DNA of 64,000 nucleotides from assembly GCA_051530055.1 (NCBI GenBank), contig CM121341.1:10766784-10830783 (forward strand), written 5' to 3'. This document shows, piece by piece, positions 61,640 to 64,000 of this stretch. The notes below the pieces were generated by a model that did no database searches, was not told the origin of the DNA, and saw only the letters and a program-made list of their open reading frames with translations. Origin of the DNA: Neoechinorhynchus agilis (lineage: Eukaryota > Animalia > Acanthocephala). Within the stretch, counting starts at the first letter, position 1, and the number at the start of each line of letters is the position of its first letter. The translations under genes and the position numbers were made by a program.

Positions 61640-64000
61640 ATATAAAGAATTATTATTATTATTATTTCACGCCTCATAGAACATACACACAATCAATCTC
61701 TTAATTCCTCTTTCTTGCTTGATCTAATATGTCTCGGGCCCAAGATGGCTGTGAGTTGTGGGACGATCTCTTAAATCCCCTCACAGCAGCCTCGAAAACC
61801 CTTCTTTTAATTCTTAAGTAATAATAATAATCCTTTTATTGTCCTGATCCTGTAAAAAAGAGAATAACATGAGAAAATCACTTACCTCATTCCTGTTAAG
61901 TATATTAGTTTGATTAATGGGTAAAAAACTAGATGGTTTATTGAAAAAGATTCTAAGAATTGAGGAGTTGTAATTAAAATATTTACAGCTAGAATAACAA
62001 TAAGAATAAAACCAAATTTTAGACAAAAAAATTCTTGTTAAAAAGGAAAAAAGGGGTTCCGTATCAATATTATTTTTAATAAGAATACTGCTAAGCTTAT
62101 TCAGCATAGTAAGATAAAATGAAAGTCTGTTTTCTGGGGGCCGGCCTCGTGCGAAAAAGCATATTGAACCCCCTAGAAATATTTTTAACACTTTAGAAAT
62201 AAAAGGTGGGGAAATTGATAACCTTTTGGCTCTTTTGATAAAAATATCTGTTTTTGTCAGAAGACTTTTAAAGGAAGAGTTTATAAAAATTCTGTGATTT
62301 TTACAGGGGAAATCAACACCTAAAATCTTGGAATGCGATCTAAAATTGATATTAGGGAAATTGAAATTAGAAGATAATTCATTAATTAGAAGCTTCCTCG
62401 AAGCCAAGGTTTTAGTAAGTGGAATAAAGAAAGTTTTGTTATTGTTTGTAACTAAATTGGCTTTCCTAAGTTCCGACGACAAAGATTGCATAAAATTGGC
62501 TATATTATTCGTTAGAATAGAAGATGTTCTAGCTTTACAAAATAAGAATATATCATCCGCATAAACTAAAGGAAATATGGAAGATGATTTCTTTAAATTT
62601 TTGAAAATATATATAAGGGCAATTGAAAATAAGGTGGGCGAGAGTGGAGATCCTTGAGAAACACCATATCTAGAGAAAAATTTAGTGTGAGAAGGGTCCA
62701 CCTCATAGTAAAAGGACTTGGATTCCATAAGATAGTTGGTTTTGTAGATAAGATTAAGAGGAACTTTAAGATTAACTAAAGGCTCATAAAGAAAGCCACG
62801 ATCCAAGGCATCAAAAGCCTTATTAATATCCAGCTGAATGAGAAGTTTTTGTACATTAATAGCTTCATTCATAGAATTAAGAGAGGATAAAAGCGATGTG
62901 ACACCTTTACCTCTAATGAAGCCATGGAAAAAGTCGGGGATTAGCTTTCTACATACTAAAAAGTCATACAGTTTCCCGTTCACCGCTCTTTCTAAGCAAG
63001 AGACGATTGGGTTCTGTATGGAAATTACTCTGATGTGGGATGCGTTAAATATACGTCCTTTCGTTTTGGGAATAAAAATTTTCTTAACAATATTTATGTT
63101 AAGTAGATCATTAAAATCAATTTTCGATAAACGAAATCTACTAAAAAAGATAGATTTTACCTTATCAGAAATAGAACTAAAAATTATGGGTGAAGTGCCA
63201 TTTATATTATACGCTTTAGAGGGGTTAGATTTACAGGCCTTCAGAAAAACTTCAACTTCAAAATTCCACGAAAAGGACTTTTTATTAAAGATGGGAAGTG
63301 GAGAAGAACATGCACTAAGAGTATGTGCCATCAAAATAGACTCAATTACTGCAGGATAAGATATAGACCCTATCCAGTTAGATGCTTTTGCCTTCCAACA
63401 GACCGGTCTTCTTTTCAAAATACAGGACCAAAAGTCCTTACCAAAGGACTTAAGAGAGATCAGCTTCTTTTTGTCCAACGAAACTTGATGATAAAACTTA
63501 GCTGTGTAAATTTTTTTCATAAATAAGTTTTTAAGGGGAGCGTTACCATACAAGTCAGCTATAACAGCATTTTTATAAAATATGTTGGCTTCATGACAAA
63601 CAGGAGGTCGCTTGATCACAGACTTAGTAATTAAATTTTTATGTACAGAGGATAAAATGGCATTGTTAAAGTCAGATAAGGAGGATGAAATGAAAGAGTT
63701 CATAAAAGAAAGGAGATCATTATTAAATTTTGAAAAGCTTTTAGGATTAAAAACGAAAGTGTCCTTAAGAGAGATGCCATTAGATTTAAAAAGGATAAAG
63801 TCATGCCCTAACAATCTCTGTGACTGAAGTTGGGAAGCAGGATAAAATAAAATAGGAATTGACTTTTTAATAATTGCACCATCCAAGAAGGTATGTCTAT
63901 TAGATTTAACATTATGAAAAGAAGGAAATTTGGGGAGCAAAAAATTGTGTAACTTAAAAAAGGGCCTAAAAGCATTTAAAAAATTACTATTGAAGTCGCC
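61640..64000 (-). mobile_element. LINE family D with intact ORF2 (APE-RT), extends past the window end
   Basis: Open frame continues to the window edge (GDFNSNF..LPKFPSF); RT motifs IRVISIQNP, FHGFIRGKG, LDINKAFD, GVSQGSPLSP, YADD, KILGV; (AAT)n tail at ~61650-61666. Confidence 0.9.
61814..63940 (-). CDS. LINE ORF2 (APE C-half, RT), 708+ aa, uninterrupted
   Basis: ORF track plus the motifs above. Confidence 0.9.
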   Translation of the reverse strand: MLPKFPSFHNVKSNRHTFLDGAIIKKSIPILFYPASQLQSQRLLGHDFILFKSNGISLKDTFVFNPKSFSKFNNDLLSFMNSFISSSLSDFNNAILSSVHKNLITKSVIKRPPVCHEANIFYKNAVIADLYGNAPLKNLFMKKIYTAKFYHQVSLDKKKLISLKSFGKDFWSCILKRRPVCWKAKASNWIGSISYPAVIESILMAHTLSACSSPLPIFNKKSFSWNFEVEVFLKACKSNPSKAYNINGTSPIIFSSISDKVKSIFFSRFRLSKIDFNDLLNINIVKKIFIPKTKGRIFNASHIRVISIQNPIVSCLERAVNGKLYDFLVCRKLIPDFFHGFIRGKGVTSLLSSLNSMNEAINVQKLLIQLDINKAFDALDRGFLYEPLVNLKVPLNLIYKTNYLMESKSFYYEVDPSHTKFFSRYGVSQGSPLSPTLFSIALIYIFKNLKKSSSIFPLVYADDIFLFCKARTSSILTNNIANFMQSLSSELRKANLVTNNNKTFFIPLTKTLASRKLLINELSSNFNFPNINFRSHSKILGVDFPCKNHRIFINSSFKSLLTKTDIFIKRAKRLSISPPFISKVLKIFLGGSICFFARGRPPENRLSFYLTMLNKLSSILIKNNIDTEPLFSFLTRIFLSKIWFYSYCYSSCKYFNYNSSILRIFFNKPSSFLPINQTNILNRNEVSDFLMLFSFLQDQDNKRIIIIT

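Overview
AT-rich eukaryotic (animal-like) genomic DNA dominated by fragmented and nested retrotransposons: APE-type LINEs of several families, CRE-like RLE elements, RTE, Penelope-like elements (PLEs) and Ty3/gypsy elements including a CsRn1-type copy. Recognisable host sequences are few: a GRAM-domain membrane protein, a Snapin/Pallidin-like coiled-coil protein, a broken SLC22 transporter and an acylphosphatase fragment fused in frame to a PLE endonuclease. The 21.7-43.4 kb interval is a nested set of inverted duplications (~2.7 kb and ~7.5 kb arms). The most striking signal is a 400-bp insertion with a 15-bp TSD inside a LINE RT, present in both arms. It carries a tRNA-like head followed by a complete hammerhead ribozyme core whose three strands are in a non-circularly permuted order. 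All assignments were made by eye from motifs; no database searches or folding programs were run, and most TE boundaries are approximate.
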